64,000 bases of DNA from an uncultured Gemmataceae bacterium (lineage in GTDB: Bacteria; Planctomycetota; Planctomycetia; Gemmatales; Gemmataceae), in the NCBI GenBank assembly GCA_963750165.1, contig CAVVPN010000004.1:1088001-1152000 (forward strand). Reading direction: 5' to 3'. The position numbers and the translations under genes were made by a program. Below the pieces are notes generated by a model. The model saw nothing but the letters and a program-made list of their open reading frames with translations, ran no database searches and was not told where the DNA came from. The first letter of the stretch is position 1. Every line of letters begins with the position of its first letter. Positions 20,152-29,315 of this stretch are shown here, in pieces.

Positions 20152-20664
20152 ATGGTCCACATCCTGCTGTTCCTCAGCGGCGCCGAGGAAGGAGCGACCC
20201 CCGTTGGCCGGGTGAATCTGCGCAGCGTCGTCGCCGGGCCGGGCGGTTCGTTCAGTCGCCTGCTGGACGACGATGGCAGCCCCGCCCCCTTCGCGTTTAC
20301 CTGCGAGCCGCCCGGTTCGCTCAACGACGACGACGCCCGCGAGGTCGCCGGCGCCCTGCAGCGCGGCAAGCAGAGCGGCAGTCTGCGCGCCTACGAGTGG
20401 CGGCTGGCTCCGGAGCGTCCCGGCGGCGAGGCGCCCACGCGCTTCCTCGTCTCCCGTCTGGGGCAGGGCGGCCACCACGCCGATCGGCCGCCCTGCCCAG
20501 GGGCAAGGTGGGAGCGCGTCGGCGACGGCTACCGCTGGTTGATCGAGCTTGCCAACCTGGGCGAGTTGGTGAGCTTCCAGGAGCGGCACGGCCGGCTGGT
20601 GCTCGGCCGCGACACCGGCACCGGCTTACCGAGTCTGGAGATTGGCGACGCCGGCCTGGAGTAA
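20152..20664 (+). CDS. Hypothetical protein
   Basis: 170-aa ORF with GAGG RBS and host-like codon use. Confidence 0.5.
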   Translation: MVHILLFLSGAEEGATPVGRVNLRSVVAGPGGSFSRLLDDDGSPAPFAFTCEPPGSLNDDDAREVAGALQRGKQSGSLRAYEWRLAPERPGGEAPTRFLVSRLGQGGHHADRPPCPGARWERVGDGYRWLIELANLGELVSFQERHGRLVLGRDTGTGLPSLEIGDAGLE

Positions 20665-20689
20665 TACCAAATCGCGTTGCTGGTTGGCG

Positions 20690-20745
20690 TTACCAGCCCG
20701 GAGCGCCAGATCGAGTTCCCCGTTGCTGGCGCTCCGGGCTGGTAA
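20690..20745. repeat. REP-like hairpin (GAGCGCCAG family)
   Basis: TTACCAGCCCGGAGCGCCAG/CTGGCGCTCCGGGCTGGTAA. Confidence 0.7.
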
Positions 20746-20987
20746 TCTGTTCCTCACCGCGGCGACCCGCCCCACTCCGGTTATATTGCCCAACAAGGAT
20801 CCATTTTTTTGCTATTGTCGCAACCCCGGGCGGCACCGCACGTCCACAGCGGCAAGGCGTGGCTCAACGGCCTTTTGTAACATTTCGTAACACCCCCTCT
20901 TGCCGACGCAATCCGCCGTGGCCTCCGGTTCGTCTCCCTGTTAGAGTGCGAGTTGGGGAAGAGTTCGTGTCTCCAAAGGAGTTTCTC

Positions 20988-23462
20988 ATGCGACGCCTTG
21001 TGCCCGTGCTGCTGTTGCTGGGGCTGGCCGCCAACGCCGACGCGCGCGGCCTGCTGATCCCAGCCGAGAAGAAACTGCCGCCGCTGGCGATGGTCAGCCA
21101 CGAGGTCAACGTCAAGATCGACGACCAGGTCGCCGTCACGCGCATCGAGCAGGTCTTCCGCAACCACACCGACCGCCCCCTCGAAGTCAGCTACGTCTTC
21201 CCGGTGCCCAGGGGCGCCAGCGTCAAGAAGTTCGTCCTGTGGGTCGATGGCAAGGCTATCCCCGGCGAAATCATCGAGGCCAAGAAGGCCAGGGACATTT
21301 ACACCGACATCGTCCGCCGCACCCTCGACCCCGGCCTGTTGGAGTACCTCGGCAACGACCTGTTGCAGTTCAAGGTCTTCCCGGTGCCGGCCAAGAAGGA
21401 TCAGAAGGTCGCCGTCGAATTCACCTCCGTCGCCGGCGCCGACAACGGCGTCATCGAGTACGTCTATCCGCTCAAGACCGACGGCAAGGCCATCAGCACC
21501 CTGGAGAAATTCGCGGTCAACGTCCACCTCAAGTCGCAGCACGCCCTGCAGAACATCTACAGCCCAACACACCGCATCAGCACGACGCGGGCCAACGACC
21601 ACGAGGCCAACGTCGTCTTCGAGAAGAACCAGGCTCTGCTCGACAGCGACTTCCAGCTTTACTACCAGGTCGGCAAGGGCAAGGACGTCAGCCTGACAAC
21701 GCTGACGCACCGGCCGACCTCCGGCAACGACGGTTACTTCATGCTGTTGGTGTCGCCGCGGGTCGAATTGTCGAAGGAGCAGCAGATTCCGCGTGACTTC
21801 GTGTTCGTGCTCGACACCAGCGGCAGCATGCGCGGCAAGCGCATGGAGCAGGCTCGCAGCGCCCTGAAATATTGCCTGGGCAACCTCCACAAGCGCGACC
21901 GCTTCGCCATCATCAACTTCGCCACCACGGTCAACCACTACAACGACCACCTGCTGGCCGCCAACCAGGACCAGTTGAAGGAAGCCCGTAAGTGGGTGGA
22001 CAACCTGGAGGCGACCGGCGGCACCGCCATCAACGACGCCCTGCTCGCCGCCCTGGCCCTGCGGACCAGCGACGCCACGCGCACCTTCACCGTCGTCTTC
22101 TTCACCGACGGCAGGCCGACCATTGGCGAAACCAACGTGGACGCCATCCTCAAGAACGTCCTGGGCAAGAACAGCGCCACCACGCGCATCTTCACCTTCG
22201 GCGTCGGCGACGACGTGAACGCCTCGTTCCTCGACCGCCTCGCGGACCAGAGCCGCGCCCTGAGCACCTACGTCCGCGAAACCGAGAATATCGAGGTCAA
22301 GGTGAGCAGTCTGTACAGCAAGATCAGCAATCCCGTGCTGGCCAACCTGCGGCTGACGGTCGGGACGGACGTGAAGATTTCCGAGGTGTATCCGCCGCAG
22401 CTGCCGGACCTGTTCCACGGCAACCAGCTGGTGGTGCTCGGCCGCTACACCGGCAAGGGCCACGCCGCCGTCAAGTTGACCGGCCAGGTCGGCAGCGAAC
22501 AGCGCGAGTTCGTCTACGAGGTCAACTTCCCGCACCAGACCACCGAGCGCAAGGAGTTCGTTGAGGATCTGTGGGCGCGGCGCAAGGTCGGCTACCTGCT
22601 CGATCAAATCCGCCTCAACGGCGAGAAGAAGGAACTGGTCGATGAGGTGGTGACGCTGGCGAAGCGCTACGGCATCACCACGCCGTACACCAGCTACCTG
22701 ATCGTGCCGGACGCCCTGGTGCCAGTGGTGGCGGCGCCGGCCAAGGGGAGCAAGAAGAAGGCCGCGGGCAAGCCCAACGTGGCCTTCGACCTGAGCAGCG
22801 CCAACACGGCCCCGCAGGCGCTGCAGAAGGCTGGCGGCCCCAAGGGCGTCACCCAGATGCCGGTGGCGGAGTTCGTGAAGAACAATTACGCCCCCGGCCC
22901 CGTTACCGCGGGTGGCGGTTACGGGATGGGCGGCTTCTCCCAGTACCGCTTCGAGTACGCCGAGAAGGAACTGAACAAGGCAACGGCCGGCGACAAGGCC
23001 AAGGTAGACAGCGCGACCAAGGGGCTGTGGGAGGCGAAGGAACGCCTGGCCAACAATGGCAAGGCGCAGACGTATCTCAAGCAGGGCAAGCGCGAAGCGG
23101 TGCAGGCCGGCAAGCTCGGCGTCGAGCTGAGCTGCGACAACAACCTGCTGCGTTCCCAGACGCAGCCGACGCAGACGGCGGTGCGGCGCGTCGGCGCCTA
23201 CAACTGCCTGGAGGTTGGCGGCGTCTGGATCGACGAGCGGTTCGACCCGAAGATGAAGGTGGTCACTGTCAAGGCGATGAGCAAGGCGTACTTCAACCTC
23301 ATCGACCGGCAGCCGACGGCCCGCGCGGCGCTGCGGCTCGGCAACCATCTGGTGTGGGTCACGCCCAGCGGCACCGCTCTGGCCATCGACACCACCACCG
23401 GCGCTGAAACCCTCAGCAACGCCGAGATTGACGTGCTGTTCGTGGCGCCGAAGAAGAAGTGA
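20988..23462 (+). CDS. Secreted VIT + vWA domain protein
   Basis: Signal peptide; VIT (QVFRNHTDRPLEVSYVFP..DPGLLEY); MIDAS DTSGSM, GGTAI, FTDG, FGVG and LWARRKV motifs. Confidence 0.9.
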   Translation: MRRLVPVLLLLGLAANADARGLLIPAEKKLPPLAMVSHEVNVKIDDQVAVTRIEQVFRNHTDRPLEVSYVFPVPRGASVKKFVLWVDGKAIPGEIIEAKKARDIYTDIVRRTLDPGLLEYLGNDLLQFKVFPVPAKKDQKVAVEFTSVAGADNGVIEYVYPLKTDGKAISTLEKFAVNVHLKSQHALQNIYSPTHRISTTRANDHEANVVFEKNQALLDSDFQLYYQVGKGKDVSLTTLTHRPTSGNDGYFMLLVSPRVELSKEQQIPRDFVFVLDTSGSMRGKRMEQARSALKYCLGNLHKRDRFAIINFATTVNHYNDHLLAANQDQLKEARKWVDNLEATGGTAINDALLAALALRTSDATRTFTVVFFTDGRPTIGETNVDAILKNVLGKNSATTRIFTFGVGDDVNASFLDRLADQSRALSTYVRETENIEVKVSSLYSKISNPVLANLRLTVGTDVKISEVYPPQLPDLFHGNQLVVLGRYTGKGHAAVKLTGQVGSEQREFVYEVNFPHQTTERKEFVEDLWARRKVGYLLDQIRLNGEKKELVDEVVTLAKRYGITTPYTSYLIVPDALVPVVAAPAKGSKKKAAGKPNVAFDLSSANTAPQALQKAGGPKGVTQMPVAEFVKNNYAPGPVTAGGGYGMGGFSQYRFEYAEKELNKATAGDKAKVDSATKGLWEAKERLANNGKAQTYLKQGKREAVQAGKLGVELSCDNNLLRSQTQPTQTAVRRVGAYNCLEVGGVWIDERFDPKMKVVTVKAMSKAYFNLIDRQPTARAALRLGNHLVWVTPSGTALAIDTTTGAETLSNAEIDVLFVAPKKK

Positions 23463-23550
23463 CCGGTGAAATCCACTTGCTGCCGCTTGCGGCTCGGCGT
23501 GCTTCCGCAAAGCCGCAAGCGGCAGTCAAAAAAGCTGAGAGACTGAACCG

Positions 23551-23769
23551 ATGCTGACACGTGGACAAGCAAAATGTCCCGTCTTCCTCTTTCACGCGCG
23601 GGACGACAGAAACGTCCCGCTTCAACAAACCACAGGGTTCGCGGCACTGCTGAAGAAGACCAACGCGAATGTCACCCTGGTCACCGTTCCGAACGGCGGT
23701 CATTACGACTCGATGTTGCATCAGGGCATTCCGAAGGGCATCACGTGGTTTCGGCAGCTACAGAAATAG
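23551..23769 (+). pseudogene. C-terminal fragment of an alpha/beta hydrolase (S9-like)
   Basis: PVFLFHARDDRNVP...VPNGGHYDSM; no N-terminal part. Confidence 0.6.
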
Positions 23770-23834
23770 CGTCGTTGAAGAAAGCGAAAAGAGGCCAGAT
23801 TTGCTCTGCTCGGCCCAGCGGGTACAATCACGAC

Positions 23835-23945
23835 ATGGCCAACACGCGACCCAGTCCATTTCCGTTTCCGCCCCGGCGCATGTACTGGGGGGCGAACATC
23901 CCAATGCGGGTGATCCGCCGCTACGCCTACGGCACCCCGCAAGGG
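23835..23945 (+). pseudogene. Collapsed minimal nucleotidyltransferase (MNT) gene
   Basis: ..GANIPMRVIRRYA joined directly to YGTP, so the usual ..ILFGS.. segment is missing. TACAAT box 6 nt upstream of ATG. Confidence 0.55.
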
Positions 23946-24032
23946 TTAGCTCCTCCGTTGTGGCCCGGTCAGGAGACCGGGCCACAACGGGGAGAGCAAC
24001 CGCTTTCACCGCTTCGGTTCAAACCGACCTCG

Positions 24033-25238
24033 CTACCAATCGACCACTGAGCCGTCATCCTCGTCGTAGGTCTCGCGATTGCGCCAGTCGTGCCCGAGCT
24101 GCTTCGGCAGCTGTTTCTCGTCCAGTTCGATGCCCAGGCCCGGCCCGGTCGGCACGTTGATGTAGCCGCCCTTCTGCACAACGAAGGGAGTCCGCAGATA
24201 CCCTTCGCCGAGGCTGACCTGCTCCTGGCACAGAAAGTTCGGGATGGACGCGGCCAGCTGAATGCCCGCGGCCAGCGAGATCGGGCCCAGCGGATTGTGC
24301 GGGGCGATGGTCGCGTAAAACGCCTCGGCCATGCCGGCGATCAACCGCACTTCCGTGATGCCGCCCGCGTGACACAGGTCCGGCTGCAGCACCGTCGCCG
24401 CCTTCTTTTCCAGCACCTCGCGAAAGCCCCACTTCGTAAAGACCCGCTCGCCCGTCGCAATCGGCAGGTGCGTGCCGCGGGCGATCTCGGCCATCAGGTC
24501 GTGGTTCTGGCAGTTGATCGGCTCCTCGATGAACATCGGGTTGTGCGGCTCCAGCGCCTTGATGAGCACCTTCGCCAGCGCCGGGCTGATGGCGCCGTGG
24601 AAGTCGATGGCGATGTCCACGTCGTCGCCGGCGATCTTGCGCAGTTCGGCGAAGTGCTCGGCGGCGTAACGCACCGCGGCCGGCGTCTCAATGTAGCGGC
24701 TGGCGCGACGCTTGGCCGGGCCGCACTTGATGGCGGTGAAGCCGTGCGCCAGCTGCTGCCGCAACACCGCCGGCGTGTTGGCGTGGGCGTAGACGCGCAC
24801 CTTGCGCCGCGTCGGGCCGCCGAGCAACTCGTACACGGGCACGCCCAGCGCCTTGCCCTTGATGTCCCACAGGGCCATGTCGATGCCGCTCAGCGCACTG
24901 GTCAGGATCGGCCCGCCGCGGTAAAAGGCGTGGCGGTAGATGGCCTGCCAGTGATGCACCACCTGACGCGGATCCTTGCCGATCAGGTACGGCGCGATCT
25001 CCTGCACGGCCGCGGCGCAGGTGACCGCCCGGCCTTCGAGGATCGGTTCGCCCAGGCCGACAATGCCGGCGTCGGTGTGGACCTTGAGGAACAACCAGCG
25101 CGGCTTGACCAGGAAGGTTTCCAGCTTGGTGATCTTGAGCGGTTTGCCAGGCTTGACGGGCGCGTTGGGGTTCTGCTCGGCGACGACTGCGCCGGGCAAC
25201 GCCCCGGCGGCGGCTTCCAGAAAATGACGGCGGTGCAT
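24033..25238 (-). CDS. dgoD: Galactonate dehydratase-like (mandelate racemase/enolase superfamily), with RR leader
   Basis: PRWLFLKVHTD.GIVGLGEP, FYRGGPILTSALSGID.ALWDIKGK, DFHG, FIEEP, ATGER, QPDL.HAGGITE and APHNPLGP motifs. Confidence 0.85.
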   Translation of the reverse strand: MHRRHFLEAAAGALPGAVVAEQNPNAPVKPGKPLKITKLETFLVKPRWLFLKVHTDAGIVGLGEPILEGRAVTCAAAVQEIAPYLIGKDPRQVVHHWQAIYRHAFYRGGPILTSALSGIDMALWDIKGKALGVPVYELLGGPTRRKVRVYAHANTPAVLRQQLAHGFTAIKCGPAKRRASRYIETPAAVRYAAEHFAELRKIAGDDVDIAIDFHGAISPALAKVLIKALEPHNPMFIEEPINCQNHDLMAEIARGTHLPIATGERVFTKWGFREVLEKKAATVLQPDLCHAGGITEVRLIAGMAEAFYATIAPHNPLGPISLAAGIQLAASIPNFLCQEQVSLGEGYLRTPFVVQKGGYINVPTGPGLGIELDEKQLPKQLGHDWRNRETYDEDDGSVVDW

Positions 25239-25354
25239 GTGCGTCTCCTTCTCGGGGCGTGCGGCGGCTGGTGGGTTGTTGAGGTTGAGGGTAGTCGATG
25301 GCCGGCGTGCTGACAATTCAAAACCGGCGCGGTTCGAGCACCTGGCGTCCGGTC

Positions 25355-25414
25355 GTAGCGGAAGTCGCCAGACTTCCGAGCAGCGTCGCACGGAAGTCTG
25401 GCGACTTCCGCTAC
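25355..25414. repeat. GTAG REPIN, copy 1
   Basis: GTAGCGGAAGTCGCCAGACTTCCG...CGGAAGTCTGGCGACTTCCGCTAC. Confidence 0.85.
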
Positions 25415-25511
25415 CCCCAACCGCGGGCAAGTCGGCGCAGACACGACCGGCCGGGCTTTGTTATCCTCCTCGCCCGTGCCGGAACCGCACCGGAACACAA
25501 GGAGGTGACCC

Positions 25512-26714
25512 ATGTCCTGGTTTCGTCGTTGGGGAATCATCGGGGCGCTGGCCGTGACGCAGGTCGGCGCCGTGCTGTGTTATCAAGCCTTCCTGGCCGG
25601 CCACGGTTCCCCCGCCCGCGCCGCCGCTGCTCAGCAGAAGCCGGCTTCGCCGCCGAAATCGGAAGGCAGCCCTGCGCCGCTGCCTCCGGATAACAAGACA
25701 ATTAGCCAAGCGGAAGACATTCCCCTGCCGCCTTTCGTGGAACTGGCTAAACCAAACCCCCTGCCGTCTCTGGAGAACGGCCAGTCATCGACCGCGCCGC
25801 TCCCGGCCGTCATGGCCCCAGCGTTCCCCGAACTCAAGCCAGGCATTGTGCAAGCCGCGGCTCAGGAGAAAGTACCAGGTCCCGGGGTGCCCCCGCCCGT
25901 CGTCCCAGACCCCAAGCTGCCCACGTTGCTGCCGAAAGCTCCGGGTGATGCTCCCAAGAACCCGACGGAAGATCAGCTGAAGGCTCAAGTCTCCAAGCAA
26001 AGCGGTCCGCCGACTGATGTGTCAACCAGGCCGTTGCCACTGCTACCGGTCGGATCGCCAACCGTGCCGGTTCCGCCCAAGATCGACAAGGGTGCGAAAA
26101 CCGATCTTGCCCCCCTGTCTCCGCCGCCGCAGCACTGGACCAAGCCCAGCGACCCGCCGACAACCGTGGTGCCGGTCAAGCACCAGAGCGTCGGCCTGTG
26201 CCCGTGGGCGCTGCGCATCGAGATCGTCAAGGGCAAGACGCAGCTGACCGCCGCCATCGGCAAGGAAGTGCAGTTCCGCATCGTCTGCGAGAAGCTCGAC
26301 CTGCAGGCGCCGCGCGGCCTCATCGACGCCACCGGCGCCGTCTCGATCACCAGTGAAGGGCTCGACGGCACCTGCGACCGCCTGCAAATCACCTGGGAAC
26401 AGGACCACGTGGTCCTGGAAGGCAAGGCCCAGCTGAAGTGCCAGCGCGATGGCCAGGAAGTGGAACTCAAGGCCGAGAAGCTGAGCCTGCGCCTGAGCGC
26501 CAGCGGCGTCGTGCCGGTTCGCGAGCAGACCGCGCCAACCACCGAGCCGCCGGTGCCCAACGGCAAGACCAAGACCTCGGCCACGACCGTGCCGGTCATC
26601 GATCAGGCCAGCGGCGGCGTCCCCGTCATTGACCGCGAGGTGGTGCCGGCGGCGTCCATCAGCCGCGACTACGGCGTGGTGCCGGTGACGACATCGCCGA
26701 AGGTGCAGGATTAA
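25512..26714 (+). CDS. Pro-rich secreted or anchored hypothetical protein
   Basis: GGAGG RBS, N-terminal hydrophobic segment, Pro-rich linker, beta-rich C-terminal domain. Confidence 0.65.
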   Translation: MSWFRRWGIIGALAVTQVGAVLCYQAFLAGHGSPARAAAAQQKPASPPKSEGSPAPLPPDNKTISQAEDIPLPPFVELAKPNPLPSLENGQSSTAPLPAVMAPAFPELKPGIVQAAAQEKVPGPGVPPPVVPDPKLPTLLPKAPGDAPKNPTEDQLKAQVSKQSGPPTDVSTRPLPLLPVGSPTVPVPPKIDKGAKTDLAPLSPPPQHWTKPSDPPTTVVPVKHQSVGLCPWALRIEIVKGKTQLTAAIGKEVQFRIVCEKLDLQAPRGLIDATGAVSITSEGLDGTCDRLQITWEQDHVVLEGKAQLKCQRDGQEVELKAEKLSLRLSASGVVPVREQTAPTTEPPVPNGKTKTSATTVPVIDQASGGVPVIDREVVPAASISRDYGVVPVTTSPKVQD

Positions 26715-26719
26715 AAAGG

Positions 26720-26785
26720 TTCACCACAAAGACACAAAGGGCACATGGATCTTCTCCTTTGTGCCCTTTGTGTCTTTGTGGTGAA
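26720..26785. repeat. Inverted repeat between convergent genes
   Basis: TTCACCACAAAGACACAAAGGGCAC/GTGCCCTTTGTGTCTTTGTGGTGAA; a shorter relative lies at 52031-52053. Confidence 0.75.
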
Positions 26786-26791
26786 GAAAAA

Positions 26792-29152
26792 TCAGCACGC
26801 CCGGATCACGACCAGCGTGGCGTTGTCGGTGGCGCCGCGCAGGTTGACGAGGTTCAGCAGCCGCCGGGCGGCGATGTCCGCGGACACCGCCGCCTCGCTC
26901 ATCAGCATCTTCGTCAGATCCTTGGCCGGGATGTGGTTCGTCAGGCCGTCCGAGCACACCAGCACCCAGTCGCCACGCGCCAGTTCGCCGTGATACAGCC
27001 CCGGCTCCACGTCCGGCTGGCCGCCGATGGCCTGCTGCAACTCGTTCTTGCGCGGGTGGTCCTCCGCCTCCTCCTCGGTCAGCTTGCCCAGCTCCACCAG
27101 GCGATTCACCAGCGTCTGGTCGCGCGTCAGCTGGATCAGCCGGCCCTGGTGCAGGTGGTACGTCCGGCTGTCGCCCACATGGCTGACGACGATGTGCTGG
27201 TTATCGACGTACACTGCCTCGGCAGTGCAACCCATGCCGCGCCGCTTGCTGCCCGGCGCCCGCGCCGCCGTGTGCACCTCCTTGTTGGCGTGCTTCAGGG
27301 CGGCCAGCAATAACTGCTTGCAGGCGTCGATGCTGAAGGTTTCGTCGGCCGGCGGTTCCTTGCCCGCCAGGGCCTGGAACATCGGTTTCTCGACCAGGAA
27401 CTTGCGCACGGACTGGATGCAAATGGCCGCGGCCACCTCGCCGGCTTCGTAGCCGCCCATGCCGTCCGCCAGCGCCACCAGCGCGTACTCCCAGAAGTCA
27501 TCCTGCCGCTGCTCCACCGCGTGCATGAACGCGAAGGCGTCCTCGTTGCCGGTGCGCACCATGCCCGTCGTCGTCCACGCCGCGATGTCCAGCCGCACGT
27601 TGTCCAGCGTCCGCCGCAAAATCTCCAGCGTGCGGATCAACTCCTGGAAACCGGTCTTGTCCGTCCGGCCCGCCTCGTCGGTCGGGAAGCGGATGTTGAG
27701 GTCGCGCACAAACGTCTTGTTGATGAGGCGGAAAAACGCCGGATGAACATCGGGAAATCGATCCGTGATCTGCTTCGGCGTGAACTGCCGCTCGAAATCC
27801 TTCTCCTCCAGATGATGGCCCAGGTACTCCAGCGAGTAGAGCATGGCCCCGAAGCTGTAGAGGTCGGCGCGGGCGTCCGCGGTGGTCGGGTTCAGCACCA
27901 GCTCGGGCGCCGTGTACAGGGTGCACTTGATCGGCGCGTCCGCCGGCACCGGCAGCGGTAGCACGTCGCTCAGGTCCGTGATGACCGCCTGGCCGTCGTT
28001 GGACACGGTGATGATGTCCGGCCGAATGCCCTCGATAATGGCCCCGACCTTGTGCAAGGCGTCGAGCCCCTCGGCGACCTGCTTGAGCCAGCCGTAGCGC
28101 GTGGCGGCGTTCGCCTCGGTCCACACGTCCCACAGGTTCTGGCCGGCCGGGATTTCCTCGACCAGGTACTCGTACTTGTCCTCGACAAAGGTGTCGATGA
28201 CGGTGGGCAGGGCCGGGTGGCGGGCGTTCTCCAGCAGGCCCTGCTCCCAGGCGACGCTCGGCCAGGTACTGGCGACGGCGGCGACCGGAGCGGCTGCGGC
28301 GGGCTCGTCGAAGCTCGGCAGATAGTCGTCGCCTTCCTCCAGCGGCACGACCGGCTCGGCCTCGTCGAGCAGCACGGCGCTCATCTCCGGCACCTCGCCG
28401 CGCAGGATCATGACCGGCGCCGGCGTGCCGGTGCCGTGGTCCAGGGCGCGGAAGCGGGCCACGCCGGCGCGTTCGTTGAGCAGTTCGACCAGTTCGTATT
28501 GCGATTTGATGCGCATGCCAGACACCAGGGAGGGAGCATGGGCGACGGGGGCGGCGGCGACGGCAGCCGCGGTCGTGGGGGCGCCCATGAAGCCGCAGTC
28601 GTGACAGAACGAGGAGCCGGCCACCCATTTGGAGCCGCAACCCGGGCAGATTTCGCCACCGACCGCGGCGGCCGGCGCAGGGGCGACCACCACGGGGGCC
28701 GCCGGTTGCGGCGGCGCGACCGGTGCCGCAACGGCCACGGGTTTGGCGAGTGGCGGGGCTACCGGCGGCGCGACGGCGACCGGCTTCGCCAGGGGCACCG
28801 CCGGGGCGGTCACGGGCACGGCGGCGGGGCCAGCCTCGGGCACTGCCTCGACGGGTTCGACCAGCTCGGGGCTTTCGAGGACGGCGGGTTTCTCGACGGC
28901 CGGCTCCAGGGGTGTCGCCTCCGCGACCGGTTCCGGCTCGGGGGGCGCGGCCGCGAGGACGGCCGGCTCTTCCAGGGACAGGGCCGGCGGCGCCGGTTCC
29001 GCGGCTGGCGTGGGCACCGGCTCGGGCGCGTTGGGCTGCGAGGCCGGCACGGCGGCGGCCTGGGGTGCGGGGTTGGTGGATTGTTCTTGCTGAACGCCAA
29101 AAAGCCGGCCCCAAAGGCCGCCCTTTGACGAGTCCGGACCGTTGCTCGCCAT
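26792..29152 (-). CDS. Pro/Ala-rich + Zn-ribbon + kinase-like domain + PP2C (Stp1-like) phosphatase fusion
   Basis: CPGCG..FCHDCG; degenerate kinase (YTAPE, ADLYSFG); PP2C motifs RTGNED, ADGMGG, GMGCT, VGDSR, CSDGL and DNAT. Confidence 0.88.
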   Translation of the reverse strand: MASNGPDSSKGGLWGRLFGVQQEQSTNPAPQAAAVPASQPNAPEPVPTPAAEPAPPALSLEEPAVLAAAPPEPEPVAEATPLEPAVEKPAVLESPELVEPVEAVPEAGPAAVPVTAPAVPLAKPVAVAPPVAPPLAKPVAVAAPVAPPQPAAPVVVAPAPAAAVGGEICPGCGSKWVAGSSFCHDCGFMGAPTTAAAVAAAPVAHAPSLVSGMRIKSQYELVELLNERAGVARFRALDHGTGTPAPVMILRGEVPEMSAVLLDEAEPVVPLEEGDDYLPSFDEPAAAAPVAAVASTWPSVAWEQGLLENARHPALPTVIDTFVEDKYEYLVEEIPAGQNLWDVWTEANAATRYGWLKQVAEGLDALHKVGAIIEGIRPDIITVSNDGQAVITDLSDVLPLPVPADAPIKCTLYTAPELVLNPTTADARADLYSFGAMLYSLEYLGHHLEEKDFERQFTPKQITDRFPDVHPAFFRLINKTFVRDLNIRFPTDEAGRTDKTGFQELIRTLEILRRTLDNVRLDIAAWTTTGMVRTGNEDAFAFMHAVEQRQDDFWEYALVALADGMGGYEAGEVAAAICIQSVRKFLVEKPMFQALAGKEPPADETFSIDACKQLLLAALKHANKEVHTAARAPGSKRRGMGCTAEAVYVDNQHIVVSHVGDSRTYHLHQGRLIQLTRDQTLVNRLVELGKLTEEEAEDHPRKNELQQAIGGQPDVEPGLYHGELARGDWVLVCSDGLTNHIPAKDLTKMLMSEAAVSADIAARRLLNLVNLRGATDNATLVVIRAC

Positions 29153-29258
29153 AAAAGTCCTTGAAGGGTTGGCCGCGCTACCACGGCCGGCCCGCGCCGG
29201 GAGCCGGACCGCCGCGCCGTCGCGGCACGCACACGGAAGCGATTTCAAAAGCTCTTGT

Positions 29259-29304
29259 CCGAGCCCGAGCGCCAGCGCGGGGCAGCGCTGGCGCTCGGGC
29301 TCGG
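29259..29304. repeat. REP-like hairpin (GAGCCCGAGCGCCAGCGC family)
   Basis: CCGAGCCCGAGCGCCAGCGC/GCGCTGGCGCTCGGGCTCGG. Confidence 0.8.
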
Positions 29305-29315
29305 TTCACGGTTCT

